Below, piece by piece: positions 63,402-64,000 of a DNA stretch of 64,000 nt. Within the stretch, counting starts at the first letter, position 1; each line of letters starts with the position of its first letter. Both the position numbers and the translations under genes were made by a program. The notes below the pieces were generated by a model. That model ran no database searches and had not been told where the DNA came from. It saw nothing but the letters and a program-made list of their open reading frames with translations. Source of the stretch: Mobula hypostoma (lineage: Eukaryota); assembly GCF_963921235.1 (NCBI RefSeq), contig NC_086097.1, positions 62,746,001-62,810,000 on the forward strand. The letters run 5' to 3'.

Positions 63402-64000
63402 GCCATAAGATATAAGAGCAGATATAGGCCATTTGGCCTGTCAAGACAATTCCAGTATTCAATAATGGCTGACTTATTATCCCTCCAAACCCAAATCCCC
63501 TGCCTTCCCCCCTTAACATTTGATGCCCTTACTAATCAAGAACCTATCAACTTCCACTATAAATATACCAATTTGATGGCCTCCATAGCCATCTGTAGCA
63601 ATGAATTTCACAAATTCTCAACCCTCTGGTGAAAGAAAATCCTCCTTATCTCTTTTCTAACGTGACGTCCTTCTATTCTGAGGTTGTGCCCTCTGTTCCT
63701 AGTTTCCCCCACTAATTTCCCTCTTCTCCACTCCTCATACACTACTCATACACTAACCCGAGAATCACGCTTGGGAATCCCCTCTGAATTGTCTCCAATG
63801 CCAGCGTATCCTTTCTATGATGAGGGGCCAAAAATTTCTCATTATACTCTAAGTCCGGTACGACCAATGCGTTATCAAGCCTTAGCATTACATCTGTATA
63901 TTCTAGTCCTCTCAAAAATCAATGCTAACATTGTATTTACTTTTCTTACCACTGACTCAACCTGCAAGTTAGCCTATAGGAAATCCTGCACAAGGACTTG
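63402..64000 (-). mobile_element. CR1 3' portion (continues beyond the window)
   Basis: gccataagatataagagcag tail; similar to the reverse complement of 46680-47372. Confidence 0.85.

Overview
Eukaryotic (vertebrate) non-coding DNA, largely intronic or intergenic and dense with nested transposable elements. The mix of repeats (CR1, Rex1/Babar, Penelope-like elements, V-domain SINEs) suggests a cartilaginous fish, probably a ray; that assignment is inference. No intact host gene is visible. The only host signal is a probable 52-nt exon at 8531-8582 carrying an ATG (MATERLSN...). Main contents: (1) a full-length but frameshifted L1 at 17560-26349 (minus, 15-bp TSD) that hosts two young Neptune-type Penelope-like (PLE) insertions, one a ~1.9-kb near-perfect palindrome; (2) many PLE pseudo-LTRs carrying minimal type I hammerhead ribozyme motifs, including 87-bp and 215-bp fold-back insertions with TSDs; (3) a second, Poseidon-like PLE with inverted pseudo-LTRs; (4) a Sleeping Beauty-family Tc1 element rebuilt with two right ends and ~475-bp inverted arms; (5) two solo LTRs, two long CR1 copies, a hAT derivative, Gypsy and Harbinger fossils, and several tRNA-derived SINE families. 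Coordinates of old repeats are approximate; TSD-bounded ones were read directly from the sequence. Family names come from motif recognition, not database searches.
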